Source: Rhodothermales bacterium (GTDB lineage: Bacteria > Bacteroidota > Rhodothermia > Rhodothermales > Bin80). From it: a stretch of DNA of 64,000 nt. The stretch lies in the NCBI GenBank assembly GCA_965218495.1, contig OZ244626.1, positions 1,273,122 to 1,337,121 on the forward strand, read 5' to 3'. Made by a program: the position numbers and the translations under genes. Under the pieces are notes generated by a model. It saw only the letters and a program-made list of their open reading frames with translations, made no database searches and was not told the origin of the DNA. Of the stretch, positions 18,410 to 27,272 are shown one piece after another (within the stretch, counting starts at the first letter, position 1; the number at the start of each line of letters is the position of its first letter).

Positions 18410-19501
18410 CCGCTGGCGGGTTCGAGCACACTGAACCGACTGGAGCTCGGCTCCAAAGGAGGGGCCGCATCGCATAGGTACAAGCGCATCGTAGCGGACC
18501 CTGAAAAGATCGACACCATGCTCGCGGACTTGTTCATGGATGTAACGGGCGAGGAGCCAGAGCATATCGTGTTGGATCTCGATGCTACCGATGACGCGAT
18601 TCACGGCCAGCAGGAGGGGCGCTTCTTTCATGGTTACTATGGCCACTACTGCTACTTACCGCTGTACATCGTTAGCGGAAAGCATGTGTTGACCTCTCGT
18701 TTGCGCCCCTCCAACGTGGACGCATCAAAGGGTGCCATAGAGGAGTTAGCGCCGGTGGTAGCGCGTATCCGTGCGAGGTGGCGGCCGCACGTGCCGATCT
18801 GGGTTCGTGGAGACGCAGGCTTTTGCCGCGATGATATCATGGCATGGTGCGAAGCACAGGGCCTGCACTATATCTTTGGTATGGCTCGCAATGCGCGACT
18901 GAAACGCATCGTTGAGGAGGCTATGGAGCAGAGTCAGGCCACCTGCGAGGCCAGCGGGCAGCCTTCGCGGCGCTTCCGCAGCTTCGAGTACCAGACGAAG
19001 GACAGCTGGAGCTGTGCTCGGCGCGTGATAGCCAAGGCGGAATGGCTGCCTGGACCGCGCGGCTATAACGCGCGATTCGTGGTCACCAATTTCAGCGAAG
19101 ACGCGTACGACGCGCGCACGCTATACGAAGATTTGTATTGCGCGCGTGGAGACATGGAGAACCGGCTCAAGGAGCAGCAGCTTACCCTGTTCGCTGACCG
19201 CACCTCTACGTCCATGATGGAGAGCAACCAGTTGCGCCTGTACTTCTCTACGGTCGCCAACACCCTGATGACCATCATCAAGACCTTTGGCTTGCAGGGC
19301 ACCGCGATGGCGCAGGCGCAGTGCGCTACTATCCGTGTGCGGCTACTGAAGATCGCAGCACTGGTGGTGGTAAGCGTACGCCGAGTCCGCCTGCTCTTGC
19401 CCGAGGCCTATCCCTGGCAGCAACTGTTCGCGCGCGTGCTAAGCAACCTGCGCGGCGCTGTGCACACCACCCAGGTCGGCGCGCGCGCCTCACCTTCATA
19501 G
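18410..19501 (+). CDS. IS1380 family transposase, exon 2 (363 codons + stop)
   Basis: PLAGSSTLNRLELGSKGGAASHRYKRIVADPEKIDTMLADLF...IVLDLDATDDAIHGQQEGRFFHGYYGHYCYLPLYI...RLRPSNVDASKG...VRGDAGF. The frame is open from 18410, the same frame as ORF 18518-19501. Confidence 0.85.
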   Translation, partial: PLAGSSTLNRLELGSKGGAASHRYKRIVADPEKIDTMLADLFMDVTGEEPEHIVLDLDATDDAIHGQQEGRFFHGYYGHYCYLPLYIVSGKHVLTSRLRPSNVDASKGAIEELAPVVARIRARWRPHVPIWVRGDAGFCRDDIMAWCEAQGLHYIFGMARNARLKRIVEEAMEQSQATCEASGQPSRRFRSFEYQTKDSWSCARRVIAKAEWLPGPRGYNARFVVTNFSEDAYDARTLYEDLYCARGDMENRLKEQQLTLFADRTSTSMMESNQLRLYFSTVANTLMTIIKTFGLQGTAMAQAQCATIRVRLLKIAALVVVSVRRVRLLLPEAYPWQQLFARVLSNLRGAVHTTQVGARASPS

Positions 19502-19529
19502 GCACTTCCGGACCCGACTTACTCCACAG

Positions 19530-20180
19530 ATTAACGGTACCACATGGTGGTTGCTGGATACGTGTATCCAAGAAGCACCGGTGCGCGAACAAAAGCCTTG
19601 ATTCCCGCTCGAAACATGCCCGAAACAGCGCTTGCTGCCGCCGACTATTCGCTCTGGAAGGCGGGAATCAGCATTCGCATTCCCAGATCGTGACCCATTG
19701 GCTACAGACGCCTCGAATTATGGCGATTCAAGAGCTTGGTGAGCGATGCGGGTTAAGGCTCACCTGCTCGTCCCGAAGACTCAGATAGTGTTGAACGGCG
19801 TCCTTGAAGATCACCCGATGATCGTCCTCCGCATGGTAGACGCGCTTCAGCTCACCCAGTCGCAACAAGCGACACAAGTTGTAGACATCTTCCTGATCAC
19901 TCTTGCGTGCGCTCTTGCTGATCAGGGCGTTCTGGCGCGGATCACACATGGTGAGCTCGTCCACGTATGCCCGCAGCAGTCCCGCCAGCCACGTGGCCAG
20001 CGTGGACTCCTCGAACACCAGAAGCTTTTCTTTTGTCTTCACGGCTACAATCTGGCTGATCAGGTTGCCTTCGGTCAGTGGAAACTTCTCCCGTAACACC
20101 AACTAGCCACGCGTATCCATGCCTCCGAGGACATAGTGGCTGGCGTGGGCGTCCAGGCCAAGGTAAATCCGATTCTGCAT
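19530..20180 (-). pseudogene. IS110-family (DEDD) transposase remnant
   Basis: MQNRIYLGLDAHASHYVLGGMDTRG*LVLREKFP...LLVFEESTLATWLAGLL...CDPRQNALISKSARKSDQEDVYNL resembles an IS110 N-terminal domain. There is an in-frame TAG at 20103-20105 and later frame breaks. The 3' end is cut by the IS1380-A terminus. Confidence 0.6.
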
Positions 20181-20284
20181 TGGGGGCCTCCCTGCGGTTT
20201 AGGTAACGAATAACGGACCACTACGTTTCGAAGCACGTGTCCGCTTTTTACATTACCTGTGGAGTAAGTCGGGTCTGGAAGTGC

Positions 20285-21305
20285 CTATGAAGGTGAGGCG
20301 CGCGCGCCGACCGTGGTGGCGTGCACAGCGCCGCGCAGGTTGCTTAGCACGCGCGCGAACAGTTGCTGCCAGGGATAGGCCTCGGGCAAGAGCAGGCGGA
20401 GACGGCGTACGCTTACCACCACCAGTGCTGCGATCTTCAGTAGCCGCACACGGATAGTAGCGCACTGCGCCTGCGCCATCGCGGTGCCCTGCAAGCCAAA
20501 GGTCTTGATGATGGTCATCAGGGTGTTGGCGACCGTAGAGAAGTACAGGCGCAACTGGTTGCTCTCCATCATGGACGTAGAGGTGCGGTCAGCGAACAGG
20601 GTAAGCTGCTGCTCCTTGAGCCGGTTCTCCATGTCTCCACGCGCGCAATACAAATCTTCGTATAGCGTGCGCGCGTCGTACGCGTCTTCGCTGAAATTGG
20701 TGACCACGAATCGCGCGTTATAGCCGCGCGGTCCAGGCAGCCATTCCGCCTTGGCTATCACGCGCCGAGCACAGCTCCAGCTGTCCTTCGTCTGGTACTC
20801 GAAGCTGCGGAAGCGCCGCGAAGGCTGCCCGCTGGCCTCGCAGGTGGCCTGACTCTGCTCCATAGCCTCCTCAACGATGCGTTTCAGTCGCGCATTGCGA
20901 GCCATACCAAAGATATAGTGCAGGCCCTGTGCTTCGCACCATGCCATGATATCATCGCGGCAAAAGCCTGCGTCTCCACGAACCCAGATCGGCACGTGCG
21001 GCCGCCACCTCGCACGGATACGCGCTACCACCGGCGCTAACTCCTCTATGGCACCCTTTGATGCGTCCACGTTGGAGGGGCGCAAACGAGAGGTCAACAC
21101 ATGCTTTCCGCTAACGATGTACAGCGGTAAGTAGCAGTAGTGGCCATAGTAACCATGAAAGAAGCGCCCCTCCTGCTGGCCGTGAATCGCGTCATCGGTA
21201 GCATCGAGATCCAACACGATATGCTCTGGCTCCTCGCCCGTTACATCCATGAACAAGTCCGCGAGCATGGTGTCGATCTTTTCAGGGTCCGCTACGATGC
21301 GCTTG
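20285..21305 (-). pseudogene. IS1380 transposase (copy B), distal part of exon 2
   Basis: YKRIVADPEKIDTMLADLF... to the stop, near-identical to copy A 18479-19501. The upstream 50 codons of ORF 20285-21466 are read-through into the ISNCY-like terminus. Confidence 0.85.
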
Positions 21306-21553
21306 TACCTAGTGATTGCCCGAAAAAGGCCTATTGGGAGCAATATGCGGGCAGATTGTGGATGGGCGGTAAGCCTGTAGTCGCGGTCAGGGGTGTGCGC
21401 AAGGCGCGCAGCCCCCGAATATGAGTGGATTCGGCACAAATCCGTGGCCTTCAGCCAGCTTTTCATGCCATTGCACTACAAAGAGGATATAGGTTTGCGC
21501 TCTCCCCATTGCAAGGAGTCTGGCTTGCTCCCGTGACGGCGCTTGGTAGGGCC

Positions 21554-22036
21554 TTACTGCGCCCTACTGCGTGCCTGGTGCCACTTTCGTCGGCGCGCTT
21601 CCTTCTGCTTCAGAACCTGACCTATGCGGTGCACATTGGTGGCCACCACTACCAGTGCCAGCGTCCTGTCGAAGCCGGTCTTGCCATGGGTGCGCACTAG
21701 TGCCATCCCCCGGTGATGGAGGTTATTGATCGCCGACTCTACGGCCGGGTGTTGACGCCGGGCTGCCACGAAGTCCGGATGGGTCTCCCGTTCGCGGTCC
21801 GCTTCACGGAGCCGCCCCTTTCGGGGCATCACGTTTAGGTCCAACAACTTGTCAAGCTGCTCGCGATTCTCTGGCGTGTAAAACCCCTTGTCCATACTGC
21901 ATGATGCCAGCGCCGGGTAGCGCCGCTTCGCCTCTGCAAGGAACGGCACGATCATGTCCTGGTCGCCACCTTCGTGTTGCACGTAGTGGCGCAGAATGAA
22001 TTGGTGCTGATCCTCCAGCACGCACACCGGTACCCC
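21554..22036 (-). CDS. ISNCY-like transposase, exon 2 (160 codons + stop)
   Basis: GVPVCVLEDQHQFILRHYVQHEGGDQDMIVPFLAEAKRRYPALASCSMDKGFYTPENREQL...HPAVESAINNLHHRGMALV is the C-terminal DDE part. The N-terminal 207 codons of ORF 21554-22657 are intron read-through. Confidence 0.8.
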   Translation of the reverse strand, partial: GVPVCVLEDQHQFILRHYVQHEGGDQDMIVPFLAEAKRRYPALASCSMDKGFYTPENREQLDKLLDLNVMPRKGRLREADRERETHPDFVAARRQHPAVESAINNLHHRGMALVRTHGKTGFDRTLALVVVATNVHRIGQVLKQKEARRRKWHQARSRAQ

Positions 22037-22704
22037 ATCCCGGTAGCCCCCAGGTTTCCCCGGGGGCCCCGGACAGATCCGGACGTGCGCGCTAACGCAT
22101 CCGGCTCCTCCCTTGGGTCGCGCTGCCGCGCATGACGTTAGCAGGTCGGCAAGCCGACCCGCAGCCGTAACCGATTCATCCCTGGGACGCGCAAAATCCG
22201 GCACTGAGTCCGGTACGTGTGGGACTGCACGATTTCCCCTTGGGTGCGACGCTTCGCTCCACTGACTCCGCCACGAGGGCACCCCCGCTTTGTTCGTCGG
22301 CTTCACAGCTACGTATCGTCGCATCTGACTTCTCCTTGCCGTACGTCCTCCGCTCGGCTTTCGCCTTGGCTTTGGCGGCCCCGCCCGTAGCGCTGGGCAA
22401 CAAGAAGATCTCCCAGGTCCCAGCAGGATATGTACATGCGTCCATGGGGTCCCGGACACCGTGGGCCTGTCCGCCGTCTCACCATAACGATGACGGACAT
22501 GTTGCCTTCGACCGAGCTGAAAGCCTCGGCGACCCAGATTACATGTTTTTCGGTGCTCAATAACCCTGGCCACACGCACCGCTACCGACGCTTCGCGCCC
22601 ACCCTCACGGGTGGCCACGCACGGCTCGCGGAGATATGTACCTGGTTTCAGTTTCATAACACGGGACTTTCACCCGCTATATCCTGCCAGTTAGCCTGGC
22701 GCAC
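22037..22704 (-). mobile_element. ORF-less group II intron (intron X, 668 nt)
   Basis: On the minus strand: 5' GTGCGCCAGGCTAACTGGCAGG...; domain V-like GAGCCGGATGCGTTAGCGCGCACGTCCGGATC (22076-22107); domain-VI-like CCGGGGCCCCCGGGGAAACCTGGGGGCTACCGGGAT ending ...AT. No RT ORF, and the exons join in frame. Confidence 0.75.
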
Positions 22705-23646
22705 CAACTCTGCCATCACGCCCGCCTTCCCTTTGTCGATCCAGCGCGTGTGGGGCTCATGCACGGAGAAGAGCTTCTGGCCGTGCGGAATCTTCTCGCC
22801 CTTGATCAAACGGCGCGACACCTGGTCTATCAGCTGCTCTCCAGTCCGCAAATACCACGACACCTCCGCGCTTTCAACATCGTTTTGCCTCAATATCGCC
22901 TGCGTGGCCGCTGCCTTCGACACGATAGTGCGGCAAAGTGCCAGGTAGTTTGCCACTTTCGACGTACTACGCCACTGCCGGGAAGTGCGCACGCGATAAA
23001 AGGCGCGCTCCATTTTCTTGATCCAGGCCTGCGACTTGCGCCAGCCCGCTATCGCATGCTGTTGGCAAAGACGCGCCAGCTTCCTGATCAGACGGCGCAG
23101 CGCATCCCACAGCAAACGGACATCGGTGGGCCACTCCACATGGGTCTTCGCAACCGCTGAGTCGGCCCGGCAGTGAAGCGGATCCGATGACCTGTGCTTC
23201 AACAGCTGATGCCCACGGGCCACCACCACCGCATTGATCTGCCGCAGCGCTTCCTCGGTAAGCAGACGCACGTTGTCAATAACGGTCTGCAGGCGATACT
23301 GGTGCTTATCTCCAAAATCTGCATGCCCCAGCATCTGGCGCAACGCCGTGTGAAAGTTCGCCAATTCCACCAGACGGTCGAAGTCGCAGTCGAGCGCCTT
23401 CTGCAGCGTGCCCAGCACGAAGATCCGCCACAGGCACAGGCCCGGGCGACCACGCCGCAAATTGACCTTCGCGCCTAACTGCTCCCGCAGAATCGCGAAC
23501 ACCCGCTCGCGGGTCTCGCGGTGCGTGAAGATGTCCTGCAGTCCACGCAGTACGGCCGGAATATCGTCTCTGGACCGAGCGTCAAAGCTGATCTCTCCAA
23601 TGGGCGTGTGCCCAAGCTCAAACTGTGGCTCGAAGATCGCGCGCAT
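22705..23646 (-). CDS. ISNCY-like transposase, exon 1 (314 codons)
   Basis: MRAIFEPQFELGHTPIGEISFDARSRDDIPAVLRGLQDIF...RADSAVAKTHVEWPTDVRLLWDA...FSVHEPHTRWIDKGKAGVMAEL. The last codon TTG ends at 22705, directly before GTGCG. Confidence 0.8.
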
Positions 23647-23888
23647 GGCAGTAAATCGGGCGAATGTTGGGGCAGAAGCGTACTAATCACGCCAATAACG
23701 GTACTAAGATCGGAAAACGGCGCAACATTCGCTAAAACAATGCAGGCAGCCGTTGGGGAAACTGCCCCGAAAACAGCCGCTCGACACTCCAAAATGCCCG
23801 ATTTTCCGCCGCACGCGCCCGTACATCCGCCCTATGCGCCCAAGACTGCCGGTCTGCAGAGCCGATCAGGCATTTTTCGGGCAAGCAC

Positions 23889-23986
23889 TACCTATGCGAT
23901 GCGGCCCCTCCTTTGGAGCCGAGCTCCAGTCGGTTCAGTGTGCTCGAACCCGCCAGCGGGTCGAGTAGCCCGGGGGAATTTCACCC
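23889..23986 (-). other. IS1380-B exon 2 proximal 71 nt plus the last 27 nt of intron Y
   Basis: The reverse complement is identical to copy A 18383-18480 (GGGTGAAATTCCCCCGGGCTACTCGAC|CCGCTGGCGGG...CGCATAGGTA). It is bounded by the IS4-like element on one side and the ISNCY-like element on the other. Confidence 0.8.
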
Positions 23987-25487
23987 ATAAGCGCTAACTT
24001 GTTTAAATACTGGGGAAATAGCGTTCAACTTGGTTAATTCTAGCTCTTGGAGGCGCAGCCAACATTCCCGAGATTTCGGGCCATTGCTCGATCATCTCGG
24101 CCAAGGAGAACCCTGGCTCAATCGCCTGCCCGACTTGGTTGAGGGCGAATTTGAATTCCCTCCATGTACTGGGTGTGCGCCCGCACATCATAGCCCCAGG
24201 GGGAAAGTGTCCGTGCGTGACGGACGATCTTTTCGGTCAACAGCGCGACCAGTAACTTCCCGTATAGCCAAGCTTTCGCGCTCTCGTCATCGAATTTCGG
24301 CAGGTGGCCCAGCTGGGCTAACGATTTGAAACGCTTAAACACCAGTTCAACCTGCCAGCGTAGTCGGTACCACTCGAGCACAGCGGTCGCTGAAAACTTC
24401 TCCGTTGGGAAGGTGGTGAATAAGATGACGTACCGGGCGTAACGCAAGGTTTCTTCCCGTGGCTTCTTTCCCTTCCGCTGAGCAGTCTGATAAATCTTGG
24501 TATGCGCCTCTTCCATCGCTTCATCCGTTTTACGAAGCGCACAGATACGGCCCTTCACGGGGGTCTCTGCCTTGACGGCTGCGGTCCAGACTCCCACAGC
24601 CCCAGCCTGCAGTAAGGACTCCACCGACGCTAACAGGTCAATGGGCTGGCCGGATTCCGTCTCAAAGCGCAGCGCACCTGTGTTCACGCGCACCGTCACG
24701 TAGCCGCCGGCTGTCTCCACATGTTGAATTCCAGAACCGGTCGCATAGCCGCGGTCCGCCAGTATGTAGTCACCCGCACGGACGGGAAATTGCTTGAATG
24801 ATTCACCCGTGCCCGCCCCCTTCGTTCCAGTTAACTTGAAAAAATCACAGCCTAGTGAAGGCAGGGTAACACTGTAATGCAACCGCCACATTGATCCCGT
24901 GCGGCCAGGCTCCCGTACTACGGTAGCATCGAACGCCCGTACTTGCAGCCCCTCGCTGGCAGATACCTCAATGCCATGCTCCTTAAATAGCTCCATGCAT
25001 AATGCGTAGAGCCAGTTCCGTGACTTCTGCAGCCGCTTGAGCAGGGCTACGTCCGATAAGTCGGCCAGATGAGCCTGGCGCGCTCGCACGACGGTCTCCC
25101 GCAGTGAGTGCCCGCATCTCCAAGTGGATCAGCAGCGTCCGCAAGAGGTTTTCCGGTGACTTATCCTTACGCAGCCCGCGCAGTGCGCCGGTATTCACGG
25201 CCAGTTGCTGCCAATTCGCAGGCAAGAACGACGCCAACACGCCCCAGTCCTTGTCAGCTGGCGCTCTGGTAACGGTTCCCTTCATCAGGCGTCAATCGTT
25301 TAGCGACGAAGTAGCGACATATTTATCCCGATCATGGGTGCACAGGATGGTAGATGGCCCGACCTTTGTGATTCCCAGTGCACGAAATTGTCTACTGCAA
25401 GCGGCATCGGTGTTCCCGGTTACCTCGACTCCAGGTAAACCAAAGCAACATACAGGAATCGTGTCAGATAAACAAGTTAGCGCTTAT
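23987..25487 (-). mobile_element. IS4-family insertion sequence (~1.5 kb)
   Basis: Perfect terminal inverted repeats of about 19-21 bp ((CC)ATAAGCGCTAACTTGTTTA at 23985/23987 and its reverse complement ending 25487/25489). One transposase gene. Confidence 0.85.
24118..25285 (-). pseudogene. IS4 family transposase, one frameshift near 25090-25125
   Basis: ORF 24983-25285 (MKGTVTRAP...LLRTLLIHL) continues in another frame as ...GHSLRETVVRARQAHLADLSDVALLKRL... (24118-25089). DDE context DATVV / LADRGY and the signature YRLRWQVELVFKRFK (Y-2-R-3-E-6-K). Confidence 0.8.
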
Positions 25488-25488
25488 G

Positions 25489-25812
25489 GCGGTACGCCCC
25501 CGGCTGGCCCGCCTTGGGAATACGGTGCGCGCGGACCGGCTGGGGCGTGTAGGTGCCGTCTTTGAGCTCCTGATGCATACGCTCCAGGTTCGCTTCAAGC
25601 GATGCCTCGAACGTCGCCAGGGTCTCTCCGTCCACACCGCCCGCCCCCCGTCCTTGCTTCACCTTCTTCCAGGCCAACTCCAGATTCTTCCGCTTGTACA
25701 CCTTGTCCACTAACGAGTGGACCTTCCGCTCACCTGTTGGATTGAGCCAATGTGACAGTCTCCTGGGCCGATGATGTACGGGTCTTTCACTAAAGGAACT
25801 GTTCCACCTCAT
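25489..25812 (-). pseudogene. group II intron reverse transcriptase/maturase, N-terminal fragment only
   Basis: SLVDKVYKRKNLELAWKKVKQGRGAGGVDGETLATFEASLEANLERMHQELKDGTYTPQPVRAHRIPKAGQPGAYR (RT domains 0-2), then runs into the IS4 terminal repeat (..HKR*). The start codon is uncertain. Confidence 0.75.
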
Positions 25813-25926
25813 CGACTTTACTCGCTGATCGCAATCTCTCCATTCCAAACCACCTTTGCCGACTGCCTTCCCCGACCCACCCGGCCGCCGCTTGCGCGGT
25901 CACCCGACTTTCGACGGGCTTGTGGT
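25767..25926. repeat. 160-bp direct repeat, copy 1 (inside intron Z)
   Basis: Identical by eye to 26135-26294 (offset 368 bp). Lower-identity homology continues ~55 bp further down (25712-25766 vs 26080-26134). Confidence 0.85.
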
Positions 25927-26134
25927 GTCGGGTCGGAGGAGGCGCCCCGAAGGGCTAACCTCCGTCCGCCGCTCAAACGGCTCGTACGGTTTTCCCGTAA
26001 GCCGCTTTCACAAAGGTGTCTCGTGGAGGGTTCAAGGAAGGTTTCAGTGGAATCAATCGTACATGGCCGTACTCCACTGTGGTGTAGACCTTCCTCTCCC
26101 CTGTTGGATTGTGCCCAATGCGACAGTCTCCTCA

Positions 26135-26294
26135 GCCGATGATGTACGGGTCTTTCACTAAAGGAACTGTTCCACCTCATCGACTTTACTCGCTGATCGC
26201 AATCTCTCCATTCCAAACCACCTTTGCCGACTGCCTTCCCCGACCCACCCGGCCGCCGCTTGCGCGGTCACCCGACTTTCGACGGGCTTGTGGT
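26135..26294. repeat. 160-bp direct repeat, copy 2 (inside intron Z)
   Basis: See 25767-25926. This repeat explains the duplicated ORF prefixes MEWRDCDQRVKSMRWNSSFSERPVHH in ORFs 25477-25848 and 25818-26216. Confidence 0.85.
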
Positions 26295-26804
26295 ACTATG
26301 CAGTCGTCCGACGACTCGCCACGCATCCGTTCCCACTTCCCCTTACGGGTTATAGGGGCTGTTATCCCGGTGCCACCCGGGAACGTGACGAGCCCTCCTG
26401 GGGTCACTGCCAGATCTTCCGTACCGTGCCGTTCGCACACACCTTGGTACGACGGGTGGATAAGAACGCCTTCGCCGCCATAGTGCCGGCTCGACCTTGC
26501 CCCGTCTTTGGCCGACCGATTCGTCCGTGGGGTCGCCCCCTTGACTACGGCCCGGTACTGCTCCGCAAGCCCTTCAGATTCCACCTCGCGGTGGACACCC
26601 TGCCCTCCGGTTGTCTCGCGACAATGTCCCGACTTAGCGCCTGTCTTGGCTGTTTCCGTCGTTTCCAACTCGGTGCCCGTTTAGACCTTTGCTTATCGGT
26701 ACATCCCGGCCGACGAGGCATTACCCCCGTCTTTGGATATGGCACCCCCTATCCGGGCGCCAGTGGGACTTGAACCCACCTGATCTGGGCGCTGCCCAGC
26801 ACAC

Positions 26805-27272
26805 ACTACAAGCCGATCCGCCCCCGTGGGGCGCATTGGTACTCAATCACTTGTGGGACTTCCACTTGTGACACTCCCTTTGCATCGCCCCGACAGGTTC
26901 CCACGTTCCGCATTGAGGCCCAGATCGCATTCTCGCCGCCTCCATGCCGGATGCCGATCGGGCAATAAGCAGGTCGCCCCCGACCTCGTCCCGGAGCAGG
27001 ACATAAACCCCGGTTTTGACATCGTCTAAGACCTTTCGACACTTAATCAGCGGTTCACTTGCGTTCGACTCTACGATCCACACCTGACAGAGTCATAGCT
27101 CCGCCTTTTCCCAGCTCGCTCACCACCAGACCCTTAAAGCCCAGCAGCAGTGGGTGGTTTGCAGCCTCCGCCTGCACAGCGGCTGCGGAGGACCTACCTC
27201 CATCCTCAATGCAGTTACGCAACACTCAAGCTATGTTAAAGAACATCACTTTCGCGCCACTACGTGGCACAC
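26805..27272 (-). mobile_element. intron Y, 5' 468 nt (copy in IS1380-B)
   Basis: The reverse complement is colinear with 17725-18192 with no indels. One substitution is inferred from the T/I difference between the shadow ORFs 17914-18150 and 26847-27083. Confidence 0.85.

Larger units (their letters stand above)
17266..19529 (+). mobile_element. IS1380-family insertion sequence, copy A (intron-containing)
   Basis: The ends are defined by where identity with the inverted copy B begins and ends (TAACCCGGATAAATCACCCGGG... / ...GACTTACTCCACAG). It carries one split transposase gene. No clean target duplication was found. Confidence 0.85.
21312..23888 (-). mobile_element. ISNCY-like (DDE) insertion sequence, intron-containing
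   Basis: Terminal inverted repeats GTGATTGCCCGAAAAAGGCCTATTGG (21312->) and GTGCTTGCCCGAAAAATGCCTGATCGG (reverse complement from 23888). A 6-bp direct repeat TACCTA lies at 21306-21311 and 23889-23894. Removal restores the IS1380 exon 2 sequence CGCATAGGTACAAGCGC seen in copy A. Confidence 0.8.
25488..26804 (-). mobile_element. group II intron Z, 5' portion (domains I-IV start and RT N-terminus), inserted within intron Y and truncated by the IS4 element
   Basis: On the minus strand it starts GTGTGCTGGGCAGCGCCCAGATCAGGTGGG exactly where colinearity with copy A of intron Y stops (26805/26804). About 1.1 kb later it opens into a group II RT reading frame. Confidence 0.6.

Noticed and set aside
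17266-19529. Target-site duplications for the IS1380 copies and for the IS21 element.
   Set aside because: Several alternative end definitions were tried (for example TAA or TA next to CCCGG... termini, and GCGCC/TGTCG next to IS21). None gave a consistent direct repeat, so no TSD is claimed. This may reflect adjacent deletions, recombination between copies or mis-set termini.
22037-22657. N-terminal ~207 codons of ORF 21554-22657 (MKLKPGTYLREP...GKPGGYRD) as a possible novel protein domain fused to the transposase C-terminus.
   Set aside because: The stretch is low-complexity (R/G/P-rich) and coincides exactly with the interval bounded by GTGCG and domain V/VI-like structures. It is better explained as read-through of intron X.
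25712-26294. The 368-bp-offset repeat as a possible CRISPR-like or tandem array.
   Set aside because: There are only two copies, the repeat units are 160 bp long with a unique 153-bp spacer, the segment lies inside an intron, and there are no short regular repeat-spacer periodicity or cas genes.
26755-26804. tRNA-like segment on the minus strand: GTGGG-TTCAAGT-CCCAC (T-arm-like) followed by TGGCGCC (acceptor-like), preceded by the hairpin CTGGGCAGCGCCCAG. This raised the possibility of a tRNA gene or tRNA-derived attachment site.
   Set aside because: No complementary 5' acceptor strand (GGCGCCA) or D-arm lies upstream, the would-be anticodon loop has only 5 nt, and there is no CCA context. 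The segment sits at the very 5' end of intron Z, where a domain I stem is expected, so it is probably coincidental mimicry. tRNAscan/cmsearch would settle it.
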